Shown here piece after piece: positions 38,156-50,800 of a stretch of DNA of 64,000 bases (positions within the stretch are counted from its first letter, which is position 1; each line of letters opens with the position of its first letter). A program made the translations under genes and the position numbers. The notes beneath the pieces are model-generated. The model was not told the DNA's origin. It made no database searches and saw only the letters and a program-made list of their open reading frames with translations. This DNA is from Oculina patagonica (Eukaryota). The stretch covers positions 62,001 to 126,000 of the forward strand of contig NC_135765.1 in the NCBI RefSeq assembly GCF_052425735.1, read 5' to 3'.

Positions 38156-38299
38156 TTGTGGCTTGTTGCTCGAATTCTCGCGCCAAAATGGTTCCAACAC
38201 TGCTCATAAAAATGCAGAACGTTTGATCACTTGGCTGCGTTGATTAGACGTCTTGGTTGATTGCACGCTACCGTCGACTTAAAATTCTTTTGCGGATTT

Positions 38300-38460
38300 C
38301 TCGCTGAATCCCACCGTCAGGTAATGCAGGGTAATGTGGGCCCGCCGGACAGGAATTTGAACATTGCTAAAACCGGCAGTTCAGTTGGTTCGGGACCGCG
38401 CTAGCAACTTCCGTCCGGAAATGACGTTTTGAAGAGGTGTGATAAGTCAGGATATAAAAG
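38300..38460. promoter_or_regulatory. Probable promoter region of the kinesin-like gene
   Basis: Locally GC/CpG-rich, 150-300 bp upstream of the ATG at 38155; ETS-like CTTCCG/CCGGAA and CRE-like TGACGT cluster at ~38408-38428. Confidence 0.4.
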
Positions 38461-39621
38461 TAAACCTTCCAATTCCCCAGGGTGTACTTCGAACAGCAGC
38501 CATATATTGATAACCTCCGCCGCGAAAAAAAGAAGCGAATTTATACACAAAAGAATTCACATATGTCCTCAAAAGGGAAAATCGAGACAGCTTTACACCC
38601 TCTAAAAAATTTACTCAACTGTATAAGACTCACGATGAAAAAAAAGAAAAATCCAAACGTATGCTTCCCACAGACGTGATCGAATTTTTATTCGACCCTC
38701 GAACATTTCATGCCATTTTTTTAATGCCACCATTAAAAGACTAGAACAATTTTTAACTCAACGCATAAAGAAAGGAATTCAAAGGAAAGGTGTTTTAAAG
38801 AGTATTGCGTGACGTAAGCGAGGACGGCGTTACACTAATAGATTGCGAGAACGAGAAAGCACTGCAGTCGACTGGTCGACGCACCTCACAATTAGCAGAT
38901 GGTCGACTTAATAGCAGATAATTTACAGTTATCATACAACTTATTTATAGTATACTATTAAGAAGAGCTGACCTACACTTTCACGACCCTTACATTTGCA
39001 ATAAAATTTGGAGATCTTGAAAACAATTTATCATATCTGCTTAGTAACCACGCGAGAAAATCAATAATAAATATGCCGATCGGCTCAATCGGCTGCGGTT
39101 ACAAGGAGCGAATTACAGCTACAGTAGCCCTAATAAGCTCTAATATTCATCAGGATAACTCCAGCTGTAACTCAGCGAATAAAAAGAAGGTAAGAAAGTA
39201 AAGATATAAATTAATAACAAAATTATTACTCGATAGAAAACAAATGACTAAAACAATGGTTTTCCGTTTCGAGTGACTGAATCCTTTGTTGATGGCGGAG
39301 TCATTATTCAAATATTGTTTCGTGATCCAATTTCTACGTAGCGACGAACGCAGCAATTCTCCTTTGAGTTTGAGGTATTCATGAGTTTTCTTAAGTGATT
39401 GTGATACAAAGCATCATTAATGACGAGTTCAGTTGCTTTTCACACTGATTACAGAATGATTTTTGACATTTTTGTGTTCAAAAGTCGCGGTCAGCCTGAT
39501 CTGAGGCCAGGCCCATAGGCTGGGGGTGGATTGGGGGGGGGGGGGGTGAGGGAGGGAATCAGTGGATTTGGAAAGAACCCCTCCCCCACCGGTCTGCGGA
39601 ATGATGCAGCATATGATCCAC

Positions 39622-39679
39622 CAGTCTCCTTCGCAGCCGCTATTTGGGATGTCAAAAATAGCGGCTTCGAAGGAGACTA
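39622..39679. mobile_element. 58-bp hairpin mini-MITE
   Basis: AGTCTCCTTCG.AGCCGCTATTT arms; 9-bp flanks ATGATCCAC / ATGGTCCAC. Confidence 0.65.
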
Positions 39680-41835
39680 ATGGTCCACTTACAAAATATT
39701 TTTACTGACGTTATTTGTATTCATTTTCAACAACATTGACCGAATTTCCTAAACATTTCGCCCGTTCTCCCCTCTTTTTCGGTTTTCAGACTAGAACCAA
39801 AGGCAGAGCGTGTCCAAAGTGATGTCTCATGATATTATTTTTTCACCGATTTGAATGTCGCGGCCGTACAACAAATTTACAGAAGGACGAGTTCTGAAAT
39901 GTTATGCAGGACAGTCTAAAGCAAACCATTGACATCCAATTATTGTACGCAAAATACTCATTTCTAAAGCCATAAGCATCAGCATGTTGCGGCAACTGAA
40001 CTATATGCGAGTATCCATGAATACTGGGAGAGCCGCTTGTCCAATCTTGTGCCTCTTCACATCCATTATATATGTTACCTCTGTGTACCTTAACACGGTA
40101 GCAGAGTGTTAAACTCGCTAACATTCTCCTAGACTACAACCCAAGACTACGGTTGTACAAGCGTAGCAACATTGTCCTAGGCCAGTAGGTACGGGACAAC
40201 AATTTTTTTTTCGCAAGTATCTTTTACTCGTATTTTTAAAATGTGCAAAAAAAAAAAATCAGGCTGAAGCACTTCAAAGACGATGATGCAGTTATAAACT
40301 TATCTTAGGATTATAAATATATCGCAACAACCCTCTCATCTAACAAGTGAAACAGACTGGCCAAGCTACTGGCAAACGCACAACGGTATGTGACGTTTAA
40401 GGCAAGTTCGTTTATAAGAGATAAATGAAAATTAGCGGGCCTATGGTACAGCCTACGGGCCTGGATTCTACGAGAGTTAAGGACAAATACCACAGGACAC
40501 CCACAATTCTTTACCGTATTAGACGGTAAATATATTCAGGCTTTAAAGATTTGCCTTGTACACTGTACGACCCAAGTACGCTCGCACTACTGTATATCAG
40601 GTATTTACTTCACTGACAGTTATAGTGAAGGAAGAAAATCGACAAATGCGTGAAATGCAAAACAAATCCCAAGTTAAGCTCTGCTGTAGTCAGTAAAATG
40701 ATTGTGTATTAAACAAAGACAGAACCAACAGTGATAATAACTCAATTCTTTCATTTTCTCGACGACATTTTCGCTTTAACGTTCTTTTCCATTTTTTGTT
40801 TTTAAAAAAGTTCTGTAAGTTAAAACGAATTCTTATTTGTATTTTACATCTCGAAGGGAACATTTTACCTGTTGGGTGACTATTCAAAGTGTAAACACGC
40901 ATTAAGGTCAACTCTAGTCTTCTAGACACATTCGATTGCGAATACTCAATTTCTTTTCTCAAAAAACATCAATTATAATCATTTCTTCGGGCATGAAGGC
41001 GTATTTTGCGGGCTAAAATGGAGAATTCAGCGGGCTAAAATATATTTTAGCCCGCTGCCGTGGACCAATCAGTAACAAGAAAATAACAAAGCCAGCCAAT
41101 CAGAACTGAAAACCATTCAACTGTTCGCGCCGTTTTCTTTCTGGCTGGGTCGCTGGCTGGCACAAGCTGGCATCACTTCAAGCTCCGTTTTAATAATTTG
41201 AGTCGAGACGCTTTCATCTGCAATTGTAAACTGTTTTTGAGCTTTATAACGACAAAATGTTTGAAGGACTGAACGGGGGAAGCAAATTCTCAGTCTTCTC
41301 AGCTAGATGAAGAGGAATTACAGAAACTCAAAGAAGAATCCAGACGGCGAAGTGAATGTAAGTTTGTCTTCGACGAGCGGAACTCCTGGGAACTCGCTCA
41401 GTTGAATTTCAGGCACATTCCAGACTGCCAGTTCAGTTAACAGCACAATTAATTTATCACTTCTAAATGAGGACTATTTCTTTGCGGCCGATAGAATATT
41501 GTAAGTTCCTTTTTAAGCAAAGATTGTTTTGAGTAATTTTGCGGTTTTCTGCCGAGTTTTTTAAACTTTTGAACCCGGTTTTCAATCAGGGATCAGAAAT
41601 AAACGCCGACTCGCAACGGCAGTGTTCAAGATATCGCTTACCTGTTTTTGATTCCTTAACTAAATGCCCTTTGAATTTATTATATATAAAAATAGAAATA
41701 GAGTTGATGTTTTTGGGCGTAAATATGTTTTTGGTCCTTCTCAGTGCTCATTTTTGCACCTCTAAGCCAGCGGCTCGGGCTAAAATGAGCCCGAGTCGGG
41801 CCATCATCAACCCGCGAACATCAACTCTATTGTTT

Positions 41836-42135
41836 AAATAATTAACAAATATTCACCGAAGTGGAGGTGAATGGTGGTGGATATTCACCGAGCCGCAAAG
41901 CGGCGAGGTTAATATCCACCACATTCACCGACACTGAGGCGAATAATTGTTTTAGTATATACCACACAAGTTGAATAACTAACGGACTAAAACATCACTT
42001 TTGGTAAACAAAGCGACGCACGAAGGCAGTTTGTTTCTCTTTAGCTGCTTGGAGGTAAATAGTACTTTGCTAATCACCTCCGAGTTAACCAATCATCGCG
42101 GGCGAAAAGCACTATTCACTTGTGTGGTATATATT
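41836..42135. repeat. Palindromic interspersed repeat (possibly Crypton-derived); inverted fragment at ~49557-49592
   Basis: ATTCACCGAAGTGGAGGTGAAT and GGTGGATATT..CCGAGCCGC.AAGCGGCGAGG..AATATCCACC stem-loops. Confidence 0.55.
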
Positions 42136-42263
42136 AAATTATATTATTATCACTAGAGCCTTTTGTTATAGTCTTCGAAAATTTCTGAATTCATCCGAAA
42201 TGGTAATCCCATTAAATGACTTACCAATTATTTTCATTCCCATTCTGTAGTTATTCGACAGAC

Positions 42264-45200
42264 ATGCAGTCTGGAGAGAGCTGTTGGCGATGGCTTGTTT
42301 GTGCATTTGCTTTCCTGGCTCAGTTTTTGTTGGGTGGTTTCACTAACTGTGGAGGAGTAATATATGCGGCAGTGCTAGATGAATTCAACTCCAGCAGGGG
42401 AGATGCAGGTATGAAAAAATGTTTAACGACTAAATATTGAGCTGGACTCAAGAAGTGTTTGCTTACTTTTCTTATTTTAATTTATTGATACTACGAAACG
42501 TCTGACTCATGAAGGGCTCTGGATGCTGAATTCTCAGTTATCATTTAAATTCGAGTCAGTTTTTTTTTAAAAATTTTGAAGTCGTTACAGGTTTTTTTTA
42601 TGAATTTAAAAATTTTTTGGAAAAATTTTTTAAATTTTATGTTTTTGTTGTTGTTGGTTAAAAGTTATAAGACTTTTTTCAGCTGTCAGGTAATTGCAAT
42701 GTACCAGTTAGTAAACGACTCGGTTGAACCGCTACATTCCTCGGAAGACCTGGTGAAATCATTGGAAATATTCGAGTGATTTTCGGCAATCCGAGAAAAG
42801 CCTCGAAATTCTTCAAACATCATCGGAGGTCTTCGTCAGATAAAAGTCGGAACATCTTGGATGATCTTCATTAATTCTTATTCGACTATACAACCCGTGA
42901 TGATGGTATGAATTCGTTTTTCACGGCTAATCACACTGTTATAACTTTCCCACTGTCGTACTGTTTGGTCAAAATAGGCTATGTGGTGCACCTCTAACAG
43001 AAAACTATCATGCGATAATCTCTGGGTCAGAGTGATTATGTCCGGCTTATTAGAGGAACGCCTACTTGGCATTGCCCTGGACCAATAAGAATCACTGAAA
43101 CCTTCAGTATAATATTTTGGTGATGAATGTCTGCAGAAAAATGTATGGAGGATTATAACACTGATGAATTACTACTGGGGCAGCCTGAGGACAGTAGTAC
43201 TTACTAATTGTTCAGATTTAATGTAGAATTTTGGGTAACGCTTGTTATGTCGTGTGGTCTAGTAGTGGTAGATATGCATATGTAGTAAACTTATATAAAC
43301 ACGGTATCTCCATTCAGGTATGTTACGTTTTAAAATAGATAAAAAAACCTTAATTGTACTAAGTAACAATCTAACCACTGTAATAAAAAGAGAAACTGCT
43401 TTACAAGGATCGAAATCGGAAAATGATCCAATACGTTTTGAATATATTTAAATGCGCTCGCGAAGCGCGAGAAGATTTCGTGTGCGAAGTGCGTGTCGAA
43501 ATGGCTGGAAAACAAACAGTTCTGCGCCTAACGCGCGCGTCGCGATCACTCTTTTTTACCTCGCGCGTCTAACACGCAAGTCCCGCGCACCCTTAGCCTA
43601 ATTTAAAAATGAACGACTTGGAGCAAGCAAGTCTAGTTTCACGTCACTGGCAATATTTCTAGCCCTAGCTCTGCACGTAAAGTCCTGCGTTTATCGTATT
43701 TTTGTAGTTAATTTGAAATTGATGTTTCGTTTTCATCAACAGCTTGGATTGCCTCTCTTCCTGGTTCAGTTTTGTATGTTACTGCCCCACTAAGCACGTC
43801 ACTGTGCCAGCGATATGGTTGCCGTGCGATGACCATCACAAGCGCACTCATATGCATTCTCGCCATGGTGTTGTCTTCATTCTATTCCAGTCTCTATCAT
43901 TTGTACTTGACCCATGGCGTTATCTGGGGCCTGGGCGTGTCGCTGGGTTACTTTCCTACATTTGTGATTATATCGAAGTATTTCAAAACGCGACTTTCCC
44001 TGGCCAATGGGATTGTAACATGTGGCGGCTCAGTTGGGACATTGGCATTGAGTCCTCTTACACAATGGCTTTTCAAGAGATTTGGATTATCTTCTTCTTT
44101 CCGAATTCTAGGCGCAGCCCACTCAATTCCTTTCGCTTGTGCGATGATCTATCGTCCCGTAAAAGACATGGCAGTGCCCTCGCAGATAGCTAAGAAGAGG
44201 ATAAAGTATTTCGATTGGACTATTTTGAAGAACCCAGGTTTTCTTACTTATATGGTTGCTTTAAGTTTCATGATGTTGGGATACTTGGTACCTTATGTTC
44301 ATTTGGTGAGTTTTCTTTTTTCTTGAGGTAGCTTTGGTGACTAATGTAATTTTAATTAATGTTTTAATGTCTGAACTCAAAATCCAGAGTTCAAGCCTCG
44401 GTAGACAAATTTGTTCTCGAGCCTCTCTCTCCATCAAGGGTGTAAACAATGCTTGAGCCACTTGGCAAAAATACTGTTTTGTTATCTGCAATAGCTACTA
44501 ATTTCCTAGCAACAAATCTGCTAGTCACAAGTCCTGGAGTGAAAAGACTTTGTTTTTATGACCAAAAATGTATTGTTATGTATTGCGGATAACAGCAGGG
44601 TTTTACTGCAGGACGGTATCTCCTTGCCCTCATTTTCTTTCGAAATTTCGATGCGTCGGGTGAATTCTCTCCCCAGTCGTACTCGTAGTTTTCGCGCTCT
44701 CCCCAGATTTTTTTCGGAAGCCGTTTTTCGTTCAACAAACTCGCGCTAAAATTTGGACTGTTTTGCAGATTACATCAGCAGTGGCAACCTTGTTTACAGG
44801 GTGTCTCTTCTTAAGGTGGGGTTGTCTGTTGAATGTGGTAGATCTCATGAATCTCAAATTGACAAAACATGACGGAACAAAAACAGATAAATGTTGTTTC
44901 TGACAAATGAGCTTGCGAAGAAGGCTGAAACTACTATTTTGCCGGCACGGGATACAACACGGCCTGGGCACCAGGCCGGTGAATATGGGGGTTAGCCCCC
45001 TAAATAACTTATTTGTCTTTAGCTGTGTGCTTGTCTGTTGTGTAGTGGAGGCAAAATAGTAAACTGAAACAGTTACAAAAAAGGCAAAGAGAGTGTGAAC
45101 TAAATAAAGACGCTGGGCGAATATCGTGATCGTAAGTTGGCTCCAAATCACTGTAAAGTGTAGCAGTCTGAAATGTCGGTCGTCACCCGCCATCAGCCGG

Positions 45201-45894
45201 AAGCCCGGGTGTTACGCTGAAAGCGAGATCGAGACGACTGACATTTCAGGATACTGTTGTAAAGGAAAATACGGTATTTACCCACTGTGGAATGGATAGG
45301 CCTAGTACTGATATAAGGACGGAACCCACTGTTTACAACTGTTATTTGTTTGTCCGATAGGTCAAAATGGCAGAGGACTTCGGAGCCCCGAAAACTGAAG
45401 CTGCATTACTTATTAGCTACTTAGCGGTCGGGTCAAGTATCGGACGTTTGATGTTTGGTAAAATAGCGGACTATAAACAGGGCAACAGGTTTTACATCTG
45501 GCAAACCGGCTTACTAGGAATAAGTGTATCATCCACACTGGTTACCTTAGCTAGTTCCTACAAATGGCTCGTGGTCTACGCATTTACATTCGGATTATTT
45601 GAGGGTGGTCACATAACGTTAAACCCAGTGTTGATTCGCGACATCGTGGGCGCAGAAAAATTTCCCTATGGCTTGGGAATGACATTTTTTGCGATGTCAT
45701 TTACAAGAAGTGCAGGACCACCAATTGCTGGTTGGATCTACGACAGTTTCCATAGTTACTACGCAGCGTTTCTATACACAGGACTTGCATTTTTTGTAGG
45801 GAGCTGCATTGTGTTTATAGTTCCATTACTCATTGAGAAGAGCCATAAACCAGACTCATGTGATGAGTTGAAAATAAAAGAAACTTCCGTGTAG
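42264..45894 (+). CDS. MFS monocarboxylate transporter family protein (SLC16/MCT-like); exons ~42251/42264-42408, 43743-44305, 45361-45894
   Basis: WRWLVC..F TM1, QRYGCR loop motif, YFKTRLSLANG, GRLMFGKIAD, AGPPIAGWIYD; junctions in phase; about 12 hydrophobic helices. An upstream exon is possible. Confidence 0.9.
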
Positions 45895-45965
45895 ATGAAG
45901 AGAGTGTCCAAAGACAGCACGTACCTATTCAGTTTTTCTTTGTACGTGTAAGTGTCACGATTGAT

Positions 45966-45973
45966 TGACAGAC

Positions 45974-46004
<31 letters not shown>

Positions 46005-46060
46005 AAGGCAGGAGATAGGCCGTAGGTAGACAGTGGACAGACAGACAGACAGACAGACAG
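45966..46060. repeat. (GACA)n microsatellite in the 3' region of the transporter gene
   Basis: Directly visible. Confidence 0.9.
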
Positions 46061-47852
46061 ATATTAGTATCATTATCATCACCACCTCCACCACCGACTT
46101 CCTCACCATCAAGTTTATTTATTATAGGTTGCGTAACCTTCATTTGGTAAGTTTATTTGGTATGTTAGCTTTATTAGCGGGGCGTGGACAAATATATTGT
46201 ATTCCCTTTATTTATATTCATTCGACTCCCATGTCCGCCGTACCTCTTGACCCTCAAAAATAAATCCCCAATGAGAAGGCATACATGTTTGTTTTGTCAA
46301 ATAATTTCAGAAGTTAGCTTATTGATCGTAGTAAATGTTATAGGCGAATTGGTTACTGATAAATAATTTATATTCATTATGACATAGAAGATAGGGAGAA
46401 AGTAAAGTTAGACAAAATCATCCACAATAGAACAGGTCTCTACTAGTGTAAATGCACCATTGTATCTCGAAAAAGGTCTTCCCACATTGTCGTGTCCTTA
46501 ATTAAAGTTTTATTTCGAATTGATTCTATTGTTAGTAATGCAACCGTGGAAAGTTGGGTATAGTAATGAGGGTTTGAGAGAGCATCTGGAGTGAGGTGTG
46601 GGTAGGAATGTCATGGGCTTTCTTCGACTGGATGTTTTCCTCGACAGCGAAAAAACGAACTAAAGTTGGGTTGAATTGTTTGTTTGTGTCAATTTTATCA
46701 GATATTTCTTTCAAGTAAACTTGAGCGGACTTGTTGCGGTCGACAATCTCGTTGTCTTTAATTTCATGAGAATATGAGGAAATTTCCTCTATTTTAATTC
46801 TGTCCCCTTGTTAGATATTTTACATGTATATTAAGTAGTTATCCTCTTGGCATTACCCCTCGCTACGGACCGATAAAAGGCTTATTTTTAAATTGGTGAT
46901 GATTCTTCAACGGAACAGAAATACACTGAAGAAAAATTTGTTAATCGGCCGCCTTGTTTTAAGTTAACGATGGCATGTACTAGTTTCTTGAAAGCAAAGC
47001 AAGTTCATTGTTGGTTTGTTTGGACGGCAAGTTGGCATATTTATTCTTCTTTAACAGCTTACAACTCTTGAACAGGTACTACTGCCACTACTCAGATTTC
47101 AGTGAATAACTAACCTTCTTTAATAGCAGTTTCGTAGACACTATTGGGTTTTTCATCAAAATTTTAAAGAGCAGTTCTTAACAGATTTAACTTAACAATA
47201 CGTTAGACAACTTACAGCTCATGCGACTAAAGCAATCGCCAGGATCGTGGGAACGATCCCATATTCGTGAGAAGCTGTCCAAGTTGAAGCTCACATAATA
47301 TACCAAGCTAAGGTTGTTAAAGAGAAATTCAGAGACACGTTCATAATTTGAGCACTTTATCGCATAACGCAAAAAAACCTTGAGCTACAGAATACACTTT
47401 GTTCCGAGAAGGGCTAACGCTCGAAATTTTCAGCTTTTCCAAATTCGGAACGAAGGTAAAACTAATTACTTTGTTTAAAATTTGAGAACTACTTACTTTT
47501 CAGAGCGAGCGCAACTCACAAAGTAGAAATTTAATCACACAAAGTACACCAACGTTTTGCTTCTAAGCATATTTAAACTTTCAACTAAAGGGCAAATAAG
47601 ATTAAGCTTTGTCTGACACTTGACTTGAGCTCTTGACTTGCTGTTAACCTCTAAATCCTAAAAAATGAGACAATCTTATATTAAAGCAAGCTACAGAAAT
47701 AAATGAATAAATAAAAATTTTCTTTTGATAAAAGTCAAGAGCTTAAACAATGGGAGAAATCTGCTAACTGCAGATGTTGGCGTTCATCAGCGTCATCTAC
47801 TAGTGTCCACTGTTGTTGGTCACCCTTCGTGCCACCAGTAACAGTGTGCATA

Positions 47853-50800
47853 TCAAGTAAGAGATTGCCTTCTTTGAATAAATGAAAATCTAAAGAGAAA
47901 ACCAGTGATTCCTATTTTATAGTAGGGTGTGTGAAATGCAGGAAGCTGGGCCGGATTGCTAGAAAGAAAACTAGAATTAAGAAAAGGCGTACCACAGTTG
48001 ATTGAGCAGTCTTTGACGCATGTTAGCATTTTTGAAATCCACTATACACAAATAAAAGTTAAAAGATCTGTTTTACTCCTGAAATGTTGTCTTTTATTTA
48101 ACATTCTCGTGAACTTACTTTATGCGATAAACAAAGTTGGTAAGAGCTCCTCCTATTCCATCCTTGCAATTGCTTTCTTCAGCTTTTTCGTATGTCTCGT
48201 ATGCCTTACCCAATGTACCATCCGTCCAGCACTCGCCATAATTTTGCAACGCAAAATACTCAATCTTCATATCACGTGCAACAAATGCGCATTGCATAAT
48301 GGTATCTTTAGGATCTTCAGTATTTCTCTGAGCCAAAAAAGACGCGTATCTATTCTTCAAGAGCCTCCTGGCACCTTTATTTTCCTTGTAGCACCCAACA
48401 GCACTGAACTGAGGGGGCGCCTCTAAAAATAAAACGATAAAGAAAATACGTTGGCCTGTACCTCGTGTACACCTGTAGCACCTGACTTTTTGAGACAATT
48501 TACCTCAGATGTTATTTTAAGAGAAAAAATATCGCTTTGGAATCGGTGCAGAAATGAAAAAAAAAATTAACAAAATGTGCAAAAAATGATCGCTGTATGG
48601 GCGACAATGTTTGTCTTTTCAACCTTTTGCGTGCGCTGAGACTGAGCACTCCATAGCCATTTTCATTCACCTATCTGGTCTTGCACTCACAGTTCCTGGA
48701 CTATTATTGGGCCATAACAACGTCTGTATAATTTCATTACCTCTTAATTTATCTTTTATAAACTGACATGACGGAATGACAACAGATCACCAGCTCCAGA
48801 CAACGTGCCTTTTTTGTGGTCTCCATAAAATGTAATTAAATGACTTGGTCGGGGAATGTTCATCAGAAAAAAAGCTAAGGATGTGTTAGTAGAGTACTGT
48901 TGTGACGAATTCGTTTCTTCTTTTTTTTTAAAAAAAAATGTCATCGCTGAAATTAAACTCCTTACCAAAGGTATAAGCATACATAGCGCCCCCACGTCCA
49001 ATTCCATGATCACACTTGTCAGCTCCCGCCCCTCCCTTCTCATAGTAACGTTGACTGGCATCCTTCCCCGAAAGACATAATCCGTAATTTCCAAGAGCAA
49101 AAAGTTTATATCCTTTGTCAAACGCTAGCTCGGCGCACTTCTTCACTGTGGCGTCTGGTGCCTTCCAGTCAACCTCTTTCTTGAAGTCGCCAAGGACTGT
49201 GAGGCTACTAGAGTATTTGAAGCAGGCGATGTGTCTGAACGAAGGGACTGAGAAATAAGAATAACGTTTTATTAATTTAGCGCCAAACTAGAATATCAAT
49301 TCCTCTTAGAGGCATTGTTATAAATTGTCATCACAATACAGTACTTACAAGAGTCTAATCCACTACTTTCTTTGTTCATGCTACCTCCTTGACAGGCTTA
49401 ATATTTATAGAACAGATGGGGATAAAAAGTTTCATGTTATAATGTTCGTATCATTTCCCGAGAAATGGCCAAGTATGAAATATTTTGATACATTACATAT
49501 CTACAAAATTCCTTTCCTAGCTAACCTGAGAATTCTAGAAATAAAATTATTCATCTTCAGCCACCTCCACTTCGGTGAATAGTTGTTTAATATTACAATC
49601 CACACGCTGCTTTTTGACTTATAACCACCCCTCAGTTTACCTTGGCAGTTTATTCCACTAAAGTCGCCAGTGCACTTGCAGTGGTATTTTGTAATATCCT
49701 TGACATCGTTACTGCAAGCTGCTCTATTCAAACAGGGTTTGCTATCACATGGAAATGTTTGAACTGGATAATAAAATACAATAAACAGAATTTGATCATT
49801 TTGTTTCGATGTAATATATCCACATGTGTGGGAGGTGTTTTATGAACCTTTTTCAAGAAAAAAAAGCAACATTTGCAGGTGCGATAGAAATAACTTTCTT
49901 ATAATCAAAGTCTCTTCGAGATACCGACTTTTTTGCATGAATTATGAGTCGAAGGTTTATCCTGTGCATTGTTCTTCGAACTTATCATTACAGTTGCTTT
50001 GCAGTTTAGTTGAACAATTTCCTATCTTCGCAGAGGAAATGCAGCCATATAATGACTATAATTTTGTCAAAAATGGCTCGTACGCACCGGGTATTAATAC
50101 ACATATTCCTCAACATTACACAAATAAACAGTGCAAATTTCACCGAGATCTGACAATTCTATACTTTAAAATTGCAAGGACCTTTCGAGGCAGTCGATTA
50201 CGGCAGCGAAATTAGCAAATGAAACAGCAAAATATGCGTTCGACGCTTTGTTTTTGCGACGCCATATTTGAATTGCTATAGGTAGACCGCTGTTCAATGT
50301 GTTCAAGGCCGTATCGTTACGATTGCTCCACGAAAAAGCACGAAAAAAATACGGATATTTCCGACTACTGTCGGAGAAAACATTGCGAAACAAATCGATA
50401 CACTCAAGCTGCGTTTTGTCTGGGCTCTGCGAGGGTCGGATATCAAGACAGCTTCTTCGTGGGCTTAAGAAGGATTAAACAAAAGCCATATATACAGTGA
50501 ATGCTTTCGAATTATAATTGAAGATGAAATACGAAAGAATTTTGCTGTCTTTGACTGAAATTCCACTCGAACTGCGTAGATACGATCGCGTGTTGTAAAG
50601 CCGATTCATGCAACATTGCTGTCAACGCGAGGTCACGTCCCTAACGACCTAGGCTGATTACGAAATAGAATGGCGCTTGTAGCGACCAAATTTGGCCTAA
50701 TTTTTAACCGCTCCTAAGCTAAAAGAAGCCCCCAACTCTTGCATTTGTTTTAACTTCAATAATATCTTTGAAAAGAGCGAGTTTTTTGGTATAGTTTATT

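Noticed and set aside
41257-41357. First coding exon of the MFS transporter
   Set aside because: The ATG frame stops after 17 codons and the segment lies within repeat-like sequence.
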